Below, piece after piece: positions 28,698 through 38,024 of a DNA stretch of 64,000 nucleotides; positions within the stretch are counted from its first letter, which is position 1, and each line of letters begins with the position of its first letter. Below the pieces are notes generated by a model, which was not told the origin of the DNA, did not search any database, and saw only the letters and a program-made list of their open reading frames with translations. The position numbers and the translations under genes were made by a program. Origin of the DNA: Candidatus Melainabacteria bacterium (GTDB lineage: Bacteria; Cyanobacteriota; Vampirovibrionia; 2-02-FULL-35-15); NCBI GenBank assembly GCA_016201905.1, contig JACQBQ010000039.1, forward strand, positions 913 through 64,912, read 5' to 3'.

Positions 28698-29063
28698 GTG
28701 AAGAACTTGGAAAAAATAATTTGCGTAGTTGTTTTTCTTTTGTTTATTCCTAATATTGCTTTTGCAGGTTTTTTTACAATGAATGCAGTCCCACCAGCTG
28801 GACATAATACAGGCGGACAATCTGCACAGATTGAAGAAATACCTGTACAAGACTCTCAAGACAGACTCATTCAAAAACGTAGAGAAGAAGCACATAAATT
28901 AGTAGCTGAGGGTAAGGAATTGATTAAAAAAGGAGAGAAAAGAAAAAATCAAAGTTTAATTATTAAAGGAAAGATAAAAAAAGAAATTGGTGAAAAACAG
29001 TTAAAGCTTTTAAAAGAACAGGTAGAAAATAAGAAAAAAGAAGATAGTCATGATGGCTGGTAA
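28698..29063 (+). CDS. Hypothetical secreted/membrane-anchored Lys-rich protein
   Basis: 121-aa ORF with an N-terminal hydrophobic signal-like segment (IICVVVFLLFIPNIAFA) and a Lys/Glu-rich C-terminus. Overlaps the next gene by 14 nt. Confidence 0.5.
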   Translation: MKNLEKIICVVVFLLFIPNIAFAGFFTMNAVPPAGHNTGGQSAQIEEIPVQDSQDRLIQKRREEAHKLVAEGKELIKKGEKRKNQSLIIKGKIKKEIGEKQLKLLKEQVENKKKEDSHDGW

Positions 29064-29622
29064 TAAAAGACATCCAAATCTTTTCACGAGAGATAATTCT
29101 CTAATCTTGCTTATAGATTATCAGGAAAAGTTTGTTCCTGTTTTGCATAATAATGAGCAAACTATTAAAAATATAAAACTACTTTTATCTGGTGCAAATA
29201 TTTATAAAGTACCGATTCTTGTGTCTGAGCAAGTGCCTGAGAAGCTTGGTGTAACAATAAATGACTTTAAAGAATACTTAAAAGGAGCAAAATTCTTTTC
29301 AAAGAAGACAATGAGCTGCTGTGGTCAAGCAGGTTTTATTGATGAATTAAAAAACAAAAATATAAAACAAATTGCAGTCTGTGGAATTGAAGCTCATGTT
29401 TGTGTCCTTCAGACCACATTAGACTTGCTGCAAAACGGTTTTCAGGTACATTTAATTACTGATGCAATAAGTACAAGGGTTCCTCATAATAAAGAAATTG
29501 CAGTTGAAAAAATTAAAAGTGCAGGAGCTATAGTTAGCTCGGTAGAAACAATTCTTTTTGAAATGGCTTATGAAGCTGGTACAGAGGAGTTTAAGAGATT
29601 ACAGCAATTGTTTAAGAATTAA
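29050..29622 (+). CDS. Isochorismatase-family cysteine hydrolase
   Basis: 190 aa. LLIDYQEKF near the N-terminus and VCGIEAHVCVLQT (catalytic Cys region), typical of the isochorismatase/YcaC family. Confidence 0.8.
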   Translation: MMAGNKRHPNLFTRDNSLILLIDYQEKFVPVLHNNEQTIKNIKLLLSGANIYKVPILVSEQVPEKLGVTINDFKEYLKGAKFFSKKTMSCCGQAGFIDELKNKNIKQIAVCGIEAHVCVLQTTLDLLQNGFQVHLITDAISTRVPHNKEIAVEKIKSAGAIVSSVETILFEMAYEAGTEEFKRLQQLFKN

Positions 29623-29624
29623 TT

Positions 29625-29666
29625 TCAGGAGGCAGGGTCGCGCGATTCTGCTTCCTGAGTTATAAT
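29625..29666 (+). promoter_or_regulatory. GC-rich hairpin immediately followed by a perfect TATAAT, upstream of cysK
   Basis: Stem TCAGGAGGCAG (29625..29635) pairs with CTGCTTCCTGA (29648..29658), including one G-T pair. The 12-nt loop is GGTCGCGCGATT. TATAAT lies at 29661..29666, and GAGGAG plus the ATG at 29692 follow. No T-run. Confidence 0.3.
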
Positions 29667-29691
29667 TTAAATATTAAGTGAGGAGTAAGCA

Positions 29692-30660
29692 ATGAAAATA
29701 GCAAATGATATTACTGAACTAATTGGTAAGACGCCACTTGTTAGATTAAACAAATTAAACAAGCAATATGGACTTGATCCTTCCGTGATAATTGCATGTA
29801 AATTAGAAAGTCAAAATCCACTAGGCTCTGTAAAAGACAGAATCGGTGTAAGCATGATTTGTGAAGCTGAAAAAGAAGGGAAAATTAAACCAGGGCAGAC
29901 AGTACTTGTTGAACCGACAAGTGGAAATACAGGAATTGCGTTAGCATTTGTTGCAGCAGCAAAGGGTTACAGACTAATTCTTGCTATGCCTGACACTATG
30001 AGCATGGAAAGAAGAGTTCTCCTAAAAGCTTTTGGTGCTGAGCTGGTCTTAACGCCAGGAGCTATGGGAATGAAAGGAGCTGTAGCAAAAGCAGAGGAGA
30101 TTGTTAAAGAAACACCAAATGCATATATGCTCCAGCAGTTTAAAAATCCTGCTAATCCTTTAATTCACAAGCAGACAACTGCTCTTGAAATCTGGAATGA
30201 TACAGATGGAAAAGTAGACATAATTATCAGTGGTGTTGGAACAGGTGGAACGATAACAGGCTGTGGTCAAGCACTCAAGCAAAAAAAATCATCTTTGAAG
30301 CTTGTAGCAATTGAACCAAAAGAATCTCCGGTATTGGCTGGTGGTCAGCCTGGTCCTCATAAGATTCAAGGCATTGGTGCTGGATTTATACCTGATATTT
30401 TGGATAGATCTGTTATTGATGAGGTTTTTCATGTGACAAGTGACAAAGCACTTGAATTCGGGAGAAAGCTTGCAAAAGAAGAAGGTATTTTGGCTGGTAT
30501 AAGCTCAGGGGCAGCTATTTATGCAGCGTTAGAAATTGGTAAAAGGCCAGAAAATAAGGGTAAATTAATAGTAGCTATTCTGCCAAGCACAGGTGAGCGA
30601 TATTTATCAACGGCACTTTTTGCTGATTTAGCAGAACCTGCAATGGCAACAGCTAAATAA
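29692..30660 (+). CDS. cysK: Cysteine synthase A (O-acetylserine sulfhydrylase)
   Basis: [16 protein letters not shown] (PLP-lysine motif), [10 protein letters not shown], and 322-aa full-length similarity to the CysK pattern. Confidence 0.93.
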   Translation: MKIANDITELIGKTPLVRLNKLNKQYGLDPSVIIACKLESQNPLGSVKDRIGVSMICEAEKEGKIKPGQTVLVEPTSGNTGIALAFVAAAKGYRLILAMPDTMSMERRVLLKAFGAELVLTPGAMGMKGAVAKAEEIVKETPNAYMLQQFKNPANPLIHKQTTALEIWNDTDGKVDIIISGVGTGGTITGCGQALKQKKSSLKLVAIEPKESPVLAGGQPGPHKIQGIGAGFIPDILDRSVIDEVFHVTSDKALEFGRKLAKEEGILAGISSGAAIYAALEIGKRPENKGKLIVAILPSTGERYLSTALFADLAEPAMATAK

Positions 30661-30668
30661 AAAAGCAA

Positions 30669-31442
30669 ATGATACTTTGGCTATATGATGAAGTAAAAAA
30701 TATTCAAAAGAAAGATCCAGCAGCTGGATCTTTTCTGGAAGTTCTTTTGTGTTATCCAGGTTTGCATGCAATTTTATTTCACAACTTTGCACATTTCTTA
30801 TATAAGCTGCAGATTCCAATTTTGCCCAGATTAGTTTCCCATATTTCAAGGTGGTTTACAGGAATAGAAATTCACCCAGGTGCAAAATTTGGAAAGAGGG
30901 TTTTTATAGATCATGGTAAGGGTGTGGTTATTGGTGAGACGTCAGTAGTTGGGGATGATGTAGTTATTTACCAGGGTGTTACATTGGGTGGAACAAGTAC
31001 TAAGAAAGTAAAAAGACATCCAACGCTTGGAAATAATATTGTTGTTGGATGTGGAGCAAAAATACTAGGAAATATAACTGTAGGTGATAACTGCCAGATT
31101 GGTGCAAACTCAGTTGTAATTAAAGATGTGCCAGCCAATTCAACAGTAGTCGGTATTCCAGCAAGGATTGTAATGCACCAGGGCAGAAAAGTATCTGAGC
31201 GCGATCCACTAAATCATAATCTTTTACCTGATCCTGAAGCAGATGCAATTAACTGTTTGGTAACAAAAATAAAAGAACTAGAAGAAGCAATAAAAGTTTT
31301 GTCAAAGGAAACTAACTCAAAAGGAGTAGACAAAATCCTGGATCAATACACACTGCCAAAGTCTTTGGATGATAATGGTTCACAACCAAAAAAAGACACC
31401 ATTCAAAACATTGATGATTATATTCATGGCATGGGAATTTAA
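30669..31442 (+). CDS. cysE: Serine O-acetyltransferase
   Basis: [44 protein letters not shown] hexapeptide-repeat core. Adjacent to cysK. Confidence 0.9.
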   Translation: MILWLYDEVKNIQKKDPAAGSFLEVLLCYPGLHAILFHNFAHFLYKLQIPILPRLVSHISRWFTGIEIHPGAKFGKRVFIDHGKGVVIGETSVVGDDVVIYQGVTLGGTSTKKVKRHPTLGNNIVVGCGAKILGNITVGDNCQIGANSVVIKDVPANSTVVGIPARIVMHQGRKVSERDPLNHNLLPDPEADAINCLVTKIKELEEAIKVLSKETNSKGVDKILDQYTLPKSLDDNGSQPKKDTIQNIDDYIHGMGI

Positions 31443-31443
31443 C

Positions 31444-33099
31444 TTATAACTCTACCTCAGGAGGGACTATAAATAAATATCTCTCAAACTCACTATTTAA
31501 GAGCAAATAACCAAGTTCGCTTTTTGTATCTTTTATATAAGAAGAAAGTTTTTTAATTTTCTTTTCGGAAGTATAGATCATTACCTCATCGCTATCTGTA
31601 TGATATGGCTTTGATGTCGTTTCATCGTATGTAAAGTAGTAATCGGTTATAAGTTCTTTTGGATACATTGTAATATCAGTATTTAATTCATTGTTTACTT
31701 TAGTCTTTATAGAATTAATTAATTCTTGATTTGGCTTAGCTGGTTTGTTATTTTTTTCGCATGAGTAAGAACAAAAGAAATGGTGGGCTGTAAATCGCAA
31801 TGTTAAGTCATGTAGTATAGGGTCATTTGTGTGCTTTCCCCATTTTCGGATTTGATTGAAAACAAGCTGGTCATCCATTTCCACAAACTCAGCTTCTGTA
31901 TGGTTTCCAAAAAGCCATGTCTGGATCAATAAATCAGTTCTTCCAAGTGAAGCAAGCTCGTTATTTCTAACCAAATACTGAGCTCTAAGTAGAATTTTTT
32001 CAAGGACATTATTTGCGGATTCTCTTCTGTAATGTTTTAAAAGATAATAACGGATTATATGTCTGTCCAGAAGATAATGCATAATAGGGTTTGCAGCATC
32101 TTCATGAATGGCTAAATATGGCTCACACTTATTAGCACTTTCGTCTCTGTCCAGAACAACAAAACTGTTCAGTATTCTTTTAATATTGTCAACGACCTCA
32201 TTAATTGAACTTAATGCTTTGACCATTTTTTCATTTTTTATATCGCCTTCTTCTTCAAGAATTGCATTTACTACAATTCTGTCGCCTAAATAGTTTGACA
32301 GTCTATCTAAATCTATCTGGCTGGATAGTAATTGTACAAAAATATTTTTGTGGTCTTTTGAAATTATTTGTACTGCGCTTGAAAACACATCCAGTCTATA
32401 TTTTTCTTCAGTGCTTGTTTTTTTCTGAATATATGGATTGTTATTAGTGTCAAACAATTGATCTTTAAGTTCGTTTAACAAAATTTTTGTCCAGTACTCA
32501 TGATCATATTCTTTTGGGATTTTACCGCCTCTGCCCCTTGGCTTTTTAAAAGCTCTTTCAGTTAAATGACTAAATGGACCATGACCTAAGTCATGAATTA
32601 AAAAACATAGTTTTGCAGCATCCAGGTCAGCAGCGTTAAAATTAAGTTTTGACTGGAGCTTATTTATTACATGGTCACCAAAAGCATAAGTTAAACAGGA
32701 GTGAGTATATCTGGTAAACCATGGAACCTGTTTAAATGCAAAAGGCAAAAGCTCAACCTGACTAATCCCTTTTAGCCTTCGGAATATTTCTGTACCAGTA
32801 ATTATTTCTTTGATTAATGGATTTGTTTGTCTTATTTCAATACCGATTTTGTCTAAATGCGGCACAAAACTTTCTAAGATAATGCTTAGCTCACGAAGAT
32901 CTTCCTGCAAAAGATTTACAGCGCCGTGAAGCATAAAACGGGGATAGTGTCCTTCAACGTTTGTTGGTTTTATGCTTGGATTAAGAGATTTATTGTTATC
33001 TGTCTTTCCGTTTTTTTTAACCAGGTTAATACCTTCAAAATCACTGTGATTAGGATTTTTTAAAGCTTTTTTTCCTTGTTGTTCTATATCTTTTTCCAT
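31444..33099 (-). CDS. HD-domain phosphohydrolase (dNTP triphosphohydrolase/SAMHD1-like family)
   Basis: 551 aa. IHDLGHGPFSH metal-binding motif preceded by RYTHS. ~60-aa Lys/Asn-rich N-terminal extension. Confidence 0.7.
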   Translation of the reverse strand: MEKDIEQQGKKALKNPNHSDFEGINLVKKNGKTDNNKSLNPSIKPTNVEGHYPRFMLHGAVNLLQEDLRELSIILESFVPHLDKIGIEIRQTNPLIKEIITGTEIFRRLKGISQVELLPFAFKQVPWFTRYTHSCLTYAFGDHVINKLQSKLNFNAADLDAAKLCFLIHDLGHGPFSHLTERAFKKPRGRGGKIPKEYDHEYWTKILLNELKDQLFDTNNNPYIQKKTSTEEKYRLDVFSSAVQIISKDHKNIFVQLLSSQIDLDRLSNYLGDRIVVNAILEEEGDIKNEKMVKALSSINEVVDNIKRILNSFVVLDRDESANKCEPYLAIHEDAANPIMHYLLDRHIIRYYLLKHYRRESANNVLEKILLRAQYLVRNNELASLGRTDLLIQTWLFGNHTEAEFVEMDDQLVFNQIRKWGKHTNDPILHDLTLRFTAHHFFCSYSCEKNNKPAKPNQELINSIKTKVNNELNTDITMYPKELITDYYFTYDETTSKPYHTDSDEVMIYTSEKKIKKLSSYIKDTKSELGYLLLNSEFERYLFIVPPEVEL

Positions 33100-33153
33100 T
33101 TTGTTTTCATATAGCGTAAAATAATTCTAGATTGAAGAAGATAAATCATTAAT

Positions 33154-35052
33154 ATGGAAAGAAGTTACGACATTATTGTAGTTGGTGCAGGGCACTCTGG
33201 TTGTGAAGCAGCGCATGCCAGTGCAATGCTTGGTGCAAAAACTTTACTCCTTGCTTTGAACCTTGACACTATAGCACTTATGCCTTGTAATCCGGCTGTT
33301 GGTGGACCAGCAAAGTCTCATCTTGTCAAAGAAATTGATGCTCTTGGTGGCCTTATGGGTGTTGCAGCTGATGCTACTTATCTTCAGTTAAAAACTTTAA
33401 ATGCAAGCAAGGGCCCAGCTGTTAGATCCCTTAGAGCTCAATCTGACAAAAAAGAGTACTCATTATGGGTCAAGAATTACTTAGAAAATATACCCAATCT
33501 TGATATTTATCAAGCTATGGTAACTAAGCTTATTGTTGATGAAACTTCACAAAAAGGCTTTGTAAGAGGTGTTGAAACCTCGCTTGGCGAAGTCCTCTAT
33601 GCAAAATCAGTGATAATAACAACAGGTACATTTTTAGCTGGTAAGGTTTACGTAGGCTTAAAATCAAACACTGCTGGGCGTGCCGGTGAGTTTGCTTCTT
33701 ATGGTTTAACTGATTCACTTATTTCTCTGGGCTTCAAATCAAAAAGACTTAAAACAGGTACGCCACCGAGAATTGATGGTAGAACAATAAATTTTTCAAT
33801 TTTAGAAGAGCATTGGGGAGATGAAAAACCTTCTTTCTTTTCCTTTTTACCAGATAGACCTATACGAAAACAAATACCATGCCACCTGACCAGAACAAAC
33901 AGTAAAACGCATGAAATTATATTAGCTAATCTGGATAAGTCGCCGATTTATTCAGGCATTATTGAATGTGTTGGTCCCAGATACTGTCCATCAATAGAAG
34001 ATAAAGTAGTCAGATTTAAAGATAAATCATCGCATCATTTATTTTTAGAGCCGGAAGGAAGAAGTACAAAAGAAATTTATTTACAGGGGTGTTCTACGAG
34101 TTTACCCATTGAAATCCAGTGGCAAATTGTTCGTTCACTGCCAGGGCTTGAGAATGCTCAGATAATGCGACCGGCATATGCTGTGGAATATGATTATTTC
34201 CCAGGTACTCAGTTTAATCATGGACTTATGTCTAAAAATGTTGATGGTTTATTTATTGCTGGTCAAGTGCTTGGCACAAGCGGGTATGAAGAAGCTGCAG
34301 CTCAAGGGATAGTAGCAGGTATAAATGCAGCAAGATTTATAAAAAATCTGGAGCCAATTATTTTTGAACGTAATTCAAGTTATATTGGAACGTTAATTGA
34401 TGACATTGTAACCAAAGAAATGGATGAGCCTTATAGAATGCTCACTTCAAGGTCTGAGTACAGGCTGCTTCTACGTCAGGATAATGCAGATCAAAGATTG
34501 ACACCGCTAGGGCGTGAAATAGGACTTGTAAATGATTTTAGATGGAAAGTGTTTAATGAAAAAATAGAGAAGATGAAAAATGAAAAAATAAGACTTGAAA
34601 AAACAAAAGTTCAGTCTACTAAAGAAAACAATGAAATTTTAAATAAATATAATCAATCTATAGATGAACCAATATCTTTATATGATCTCTTGAAGAGACC
34701 GGGAGTTACGTATGAGTGTATTAAAGACCTTCGTAGAGGCTTGGCATGCCAAGCCTCTACTGCTGATATTCCTGAGTTTGAAATAGAAACAGAAGTTAAA
34801 TATGGTGGCTATATAAATAGACAACTGTTTCAAATATCTCAGCAGGATAAATTTGAAAAAATAAAAATACCGCAAGAATTAGACTTTTTAGAGCTAAAAC
34901 ACCTGTCAAATGAAGCCAGAGAAAAACTAAACAAAATTAAACCAATAACAATAGGACAAGCATCTAGAATTGGTGGTGTATCGCCTGCTGATATTACTGT
35001 TTTACTTGCAACGATAAAACAAAAGAAAACTTCAGAGTTAGCTTCTGTTTAA
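33154..35052 (+). CDS. mnmG: tRNA uridine 5-carboxymethylaminomethyl modification enzyme MnmG (GidA)
   Basis: IVVGAGHSGCEAA FAD motif, GTPPRIDG, GPRYCPSIEDK, GTSGYEEAAAQG. 632 aa. Confidence 0.95.
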   Translation: MERSYDIIVVGAGHSGCEAAHASAMLGAKTLLLALNLDTIALMPCNPAVGGPAKSHLVKEIDALGGLMGVAADATYLQLKTLNASKGPAVRSLRAQSDKKEYSLWVKNYLENIPNLDIYQAMVTKLIVDETSQKGFVRGVETSLGEVLYAKSVIITTGTFLAGKVYVGLKSNTAGRAGEFASYGLTDSLISLGFKSKRLKTGTPPRIDGRTINFSILEEHWGDEKPSFFSFLPDRPIRKQIPCHLTRTNSKTHEIILANLDKSPIYSGIIECVGPRYCPSIEDKVVRFKDKSSHHLFLEPEGRSTKEIYLQGCSTSLPIEIQWQIVRSLPGLENAQIMRPAYAVEYDYFPGTQFNHGLMSKNVDGLFIAGQVLGTSGYEEAAAQGIVAGINAARFIKNLEPIIFERNSSYIGTLIDDIVTKEMDEPYRMLTSRSEYRLLLRQDNADQRLTPLGREIGLVNDFRWKVFNEKIEKMKNEKIRLEKTKVQSTKENNEILNKYNQSIDEPISLYDLLKRPGVTYECIKDLRRGLACQASTADIPEFEIETEVKYGGYINRQLFQISQQDKFEKIKIPQELDFLELKHLSNEAREKLNKIKPITIGQASRIGGVSPADITVLLATIKQKKTSELASV

Positions 35053-35261
35053 GCAGTTGGAATCCCAGTTCTAATTGCTGCAAGTTCAATAAAATCATCT
35101 ACAGTATCAACAGGAAGTCCTCTGAGTCTTGTTACTGCTCTAAGAGCCTCTTCGTTTTCTAAAAGTGATTGTACCGTTGCTTCACCATTAGCAGCTGATC
35201 TGAGTAATGCATTTAATTTGTGAGCTGGTGTAAAAGGAACAGATGTTGTTCTTATTGACAT
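35049..35261 (-). CDS. Hypothetical protein (70 aa)
   Basis: GGGAG lies 5 nt upstream of the ATG. The sequence is Ala/Leu/Arg/Thr-rich, unlike neighbouring Lys/Asn/Ile-rich proteins. Its stop overlaps the mnmG stop by 4 nt (convergent). Confidence 0.45.
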   Translation of the reverse strand: MSIRTTSVPFTPAHKLNALLRSAANGEATVQSLLENEEALRAVTRLRGLPVDTVDDFIELAAIRTGIPTA

Positions 35262-35425
35262 AAAAATCTCCCTTTAATTTAATTTTAGTGGTTACTTATT
35301 ATGTTACTTGATTTAATAGAATAACGTAATAGGGTAAAACCTCTGATTTGGTTAAGATTTAGACACTTTAACTTCTTAAACAAGTTAATTTTCTCTAATT
35401 TTTAAAAATATTTTCCATTTTAATA

Positions 35426-35764
35426 TTGAATATATATTTTGAGTGGTTTAATTATTATCTAAGTATGGGTAAAGTAATTAGACCAATATTTGGTGATGAA
35501 AATAATTCACTGGTTCATTATGGTGAGCTTGGCAGGCCATATGAAACTAATATACAAAACCCAGAAAAGAAAACGTCTAGTGAATCTAATACTAAAGAAA
35601 TTTTATATAAAACAAGTCCTTATGGAGCAATTTTTAGACAAATTATAGATCCTGCTTTGAGGGAATTAAGATCCAGAAAATGGAATCCAAGAGATAGAGC
35701 AACAACGGAAAGAAGCCTTTTAGAACAACTTCTTTATCTGGCTGAAAGTAAGCTAGAGAGCTAG
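35426..35764 (+). CDS. Hypothetical protein (start uncertain: TTG 35426 or ATG 35465)
   Basis: ORF only, with no recognisable motif and no clear SD. Confidence 0.35.
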   Translation: MNIYFEWFNYYLSMGKVIRPIFGDENNSLVHYGELGRPYETNIQNPEKKTSSESNTKEILYKTSPYGAIFRQIIDPALRELRSRKWNPRDRATTERSLLEQLLYLAESKLES

Positions 35765-35782
35765 TGTGATATATTTTATTTC

Positions 35783-36899
35783 ATGGACATTACAGAATTA
35801 CAAATCAAATTAAAAAACTTAAACGATGCATGGCAATCCACTAGGGGGTTGCTTTGATTTAAATAAGCTTGATTTAGAAATAAAAAGACTTGAAGAAGAA
35901 TTGTCTAAGCCAGATGTTTGGAATGATCCTAAAAAAGCAGGAAAAATAAGCAGTGATTTTAGCTATTTAAAGAACAAAAAAGAAAAGTTCTTAATCTGGT
36001 CAAATAAAGTCTCTGAACTAAACGATCTCTTTGGTCTTGTGACTAAAGAAGAAGAAAAAAATATTTTATGCGAAATAGAAAACGAAATCTCAAAATTAGA
36101 TAAAGAACTTAACTTATATAAAACAGAACAGCTTTTATCTGGTGAGTATGATAACTGTGATGCAATAGTTTCAGTTAATGCAGGAGCAGGTGGTACCGAT
36201 GCTCAGGACTGGGCAGAAATGCTCCTTAGAATGTATCAAAGATGGGCTGAAATGTTTCATGGGTATAAGTTTGAAGTACTTGAAAAGTCAGATGGTGAAC
36301 AAGCAGGTATAAAAAGTGCTACGTTTAAAGTTTCAGGTCCATTAGCTTTTGGTTATTTAAGAGCTGAAAAAGGTGTACACAGACTGGTTAGAAAGTCTCC
36401 ATATAAAGCAGGAAAAGACAGCCGTCAAACGAGTTTTGCAGGGCTTGAAGTTACTCCAGTAATTCCAGAGCTTGATTCAAAGATAGAACTAAAACCTGAA
36501 GAACTTGAAATAGATACAATGCGATCTGGTGGAGCTGGTGGACAGAACGTAAATAAAGTAGAAACAGCAGTAAGAATCAGGCATATTCCAAGTGGAATAG
36601 TAGTTCGCTGTGACCAAGAGAGAAGCCAACTACAAAACAAAGAAAGAGCTATGGAAATATTACGCAGTAAACTTTTTGCAAAAATGGAAGAAGAACATGA
36701 GGCGAAGCTCCAAAAATTAAAAGGAGAAACTGTTTCTGCTACTTTTGGAAATGCAATTAGATCTTATGTTCTGGATGAAGGGCGAGTAAAAGATGCTCGC
36801 ACAAAATATGAAACACGTGATGTGCAAAGGGTTTTAGATGGAGATCTGGATGATTTTATACAGGAGTATTTGAAATTAACAGTGTTGTCAATATCTTAA
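35783..36899 (+). CDS. prfB: Peptide chain release factor 2, expressed via programmed +1 frameshift
   Basis: ORF0 runs from ATG 35783 ([24 protein letters not shown]) to an in-frame TGA at 35855..35857. The +1 frame continues as [14 protein letters not shown]... and matches the 35826..36899 track ORF. GGQ motif [24 protein letters not shown] is present, and HRLVRKSPY corresponds to the RF2 SPF region. Confidence 0.93.
35843..35857 (+). promoter_or_regulatory. prfB +1 frameshift site (internal SD-like AGGGGG plus CTT TGA)
   Basis: AGGGGG at 35843..35848, 3 nt spacer, CTT TGA T at 35852..35858. This is the same architecture as the canonical AGGGGGTATCTTTGAC site in E. coli prfB. Confidence 0.9.
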
Positions 36900-36912
36900 A
36901 ACTAAGCAGCCT

Positions 36913-37002
36913 TCATTGATGCTTCTTTTCTTCTTCTGTTTTACCCCAGGGTTTTATGACAGTAAAATTTACAATTACTAATACTAAAAATACAACAATC
37001 AT
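36913..37002 (-). CDS. 29-aa single-TM micro-ORF downstream of the 84-aa membrane protein gene
   Basis: Translates to MIVVFLVLVIVNFTVIKPWGKTEEEKKHQ. Starts 19 nt after the stop of 37022..37276. No clear SD. Supported mainly by the parallel arrangement at 41610..41946. Confidence 0.3.
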   Translation of the reverse strand: MIVVFLVLVIVNFTVIKPWGKTEEEKKHQ

Positions 37003-37021
37003 ACTTATAAGACATGGAATA

Positions 37022-37276
37022 TCATTTGATGTCATCTTTAAATCTCCTAGGTTTATCTAAAATGCTACGCCTTTGTTCAACTAAAGTCAATCCCCAGATA
37101 AGTAAGCATATTGAACCAAATAAATTTATGAGAAACCAAACTAGGCCAAGCTCATGAAATGATTTTACATTTTCAAGAACTATTCTTCCAAATGGTGTTA
37201 TCACTGCAAATCCAATAAAGTTAAAAGTATAAGCTCTATATTTATCTTCTTCAGTGATCATGTAGGCATTGTACAA
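37022..37276 (-). CDS. Small membrane protein (84 aa), paralogue of 41737..41946
   Basis: TTG start. Shared pattern YRAYTFNFIGFAVITPFGRIVL versus YRAETFRIFGLSVMAPFGKVIL, plus a second hydrophobic helix. Confidence 0.6.
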   Translation of the reverse strand: MYNAYMITEEDKYRAYTFNFIGFAVITPFGRIVLENVKSFHELGLVWFLINLFGSICLLIWGLTLVEQRRSILDKPRRFKDDIK

Positions 37277-37293
37277 AAATTATTTTAAAGATC

Positions 37294-37312
37294 ATGTAAC
37301 CAAGGGTTACAT
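37294..37312. repeat. 19-bp palindrome ATGTAAC-N5-GTTACAT (copy 1 of 3)
   Basis: ATGTAAC at 37294..37300, CAAGG, GTTACAT at 37306..37312. Lies 18 nt upstream of the TTG start of the 84-aa membrane protein gene. Confidence 0.7.
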
Positions 37313-37348
37313 TCAGAATAATTTTAAATATCTTTTAAGTAAGATGAA

Positions 37349-37373
37349 GAAAAAATGTAACCGAGAGTTACAT
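37349..37373 (-). terminator. Rho-independent terminator after rplT, built from palindrome copy 2 (ATGTAAC-N5-GTTACAT)
   Basis: On the minus strand: ATGTAAC TCTCG GTTACAT (37373..37355) followed by TTTTTT. It lies immediately after the rplT stop. Confidence 0.7.
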
Positions 37374-37375
37374 AC

Positions 37376-37723
37376 TTATGCAGCCTTTACTTGTGAAACC
37401 AATTGCTTGAAAGCTTCTTTGTCATTTATAGCCAGATCAGATAATGACTTTCTGTTTAATTTAATACTTGATTTATTTAAAGCATTGATAAATTTACTGT
37501 AGCTTAAACCAAGCTCTCTGCAAGCTGCATTAATCCTTGTAATCCACAGTGCTCTAAAATCTCTTTTCTTTTGGCGTCTGTGTCTGTAAGCATATTTCCA
37601 GGCTTTCATTACTGCCTGATTTGCTGATTTATAAAGTTTGCTTTTTGAGCCAACAAAACCTTTTGCAGCTTTTAAAACTTTTTTATGTCTTTTTCTTGTT
37701 GCTCTTCCTCTTTTGACTCTCAT
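37376..37723 (-). CDS. rplT: 50S ribosomal protein L20
   Basis: [23 protein letters not shown]...[14 protein letters not shown], the canonical L20 sequence. Confidence 0.95.
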   Translation of the reverse strand: MRVKRGRATRKRHKKVLKAAKGFVGSKSKLYKSANQAVMKAWKYAYRHRRQKKRDFRALWITRINAACRELGLSYSKFINALNKSSIKLNRKSLSDLAINDKEAFKQLVSQVKAA

Positions 37724-37735
37724 TTGCTTTTACCT

Positions 37736-37948
37736 TTATTTTGCATATTTTAAATATGGCAATTGTTTGTATACATGATCTACCAATGTTTCATGTACTT
37801 GAAATTTTGGGGTTCTGATATGCCTTTTCTTTTTTGATGACATGTGTTCATTTATATGCTGCTTCCCTGCACCTTTGGCCAAGACTTTGCCCTTAGCTGT
37901 TATTTTAAAACGCTTTTTTGCAGCATGATTTGTATGTAGTTTCGGCAT
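37736..37948 (-). CDS. rpmI: 50S ribosomal protein L35
   Basis: [22 protein letters not shown]...KKKRHIR, L35 pattern. Located between infC and rplT. Confidence 0.92.
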   Translation of the reverse strand: MPKLHTNHAAKKRFKITAKGKVLAKGAGKQHINEHMSSKKKRHIRTPKFQVHETLVDHVYKQLPYLKYAK

Positions 37949-38024
37949 TGTTTTTTACAGACGAAATTAAATTATACAACGTTAAATCTGTGTGAAACCT
38001 GTAGAGACGCTGTTGATTGCGTCT

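Noticed and set aside
37269-37502. 77-aa plus-strand ORF spanning the palindromes and the end of rplT
   Set aside because: It overlaps rplT antisense and the intergenic terminator or palindrome region, with no RBS.
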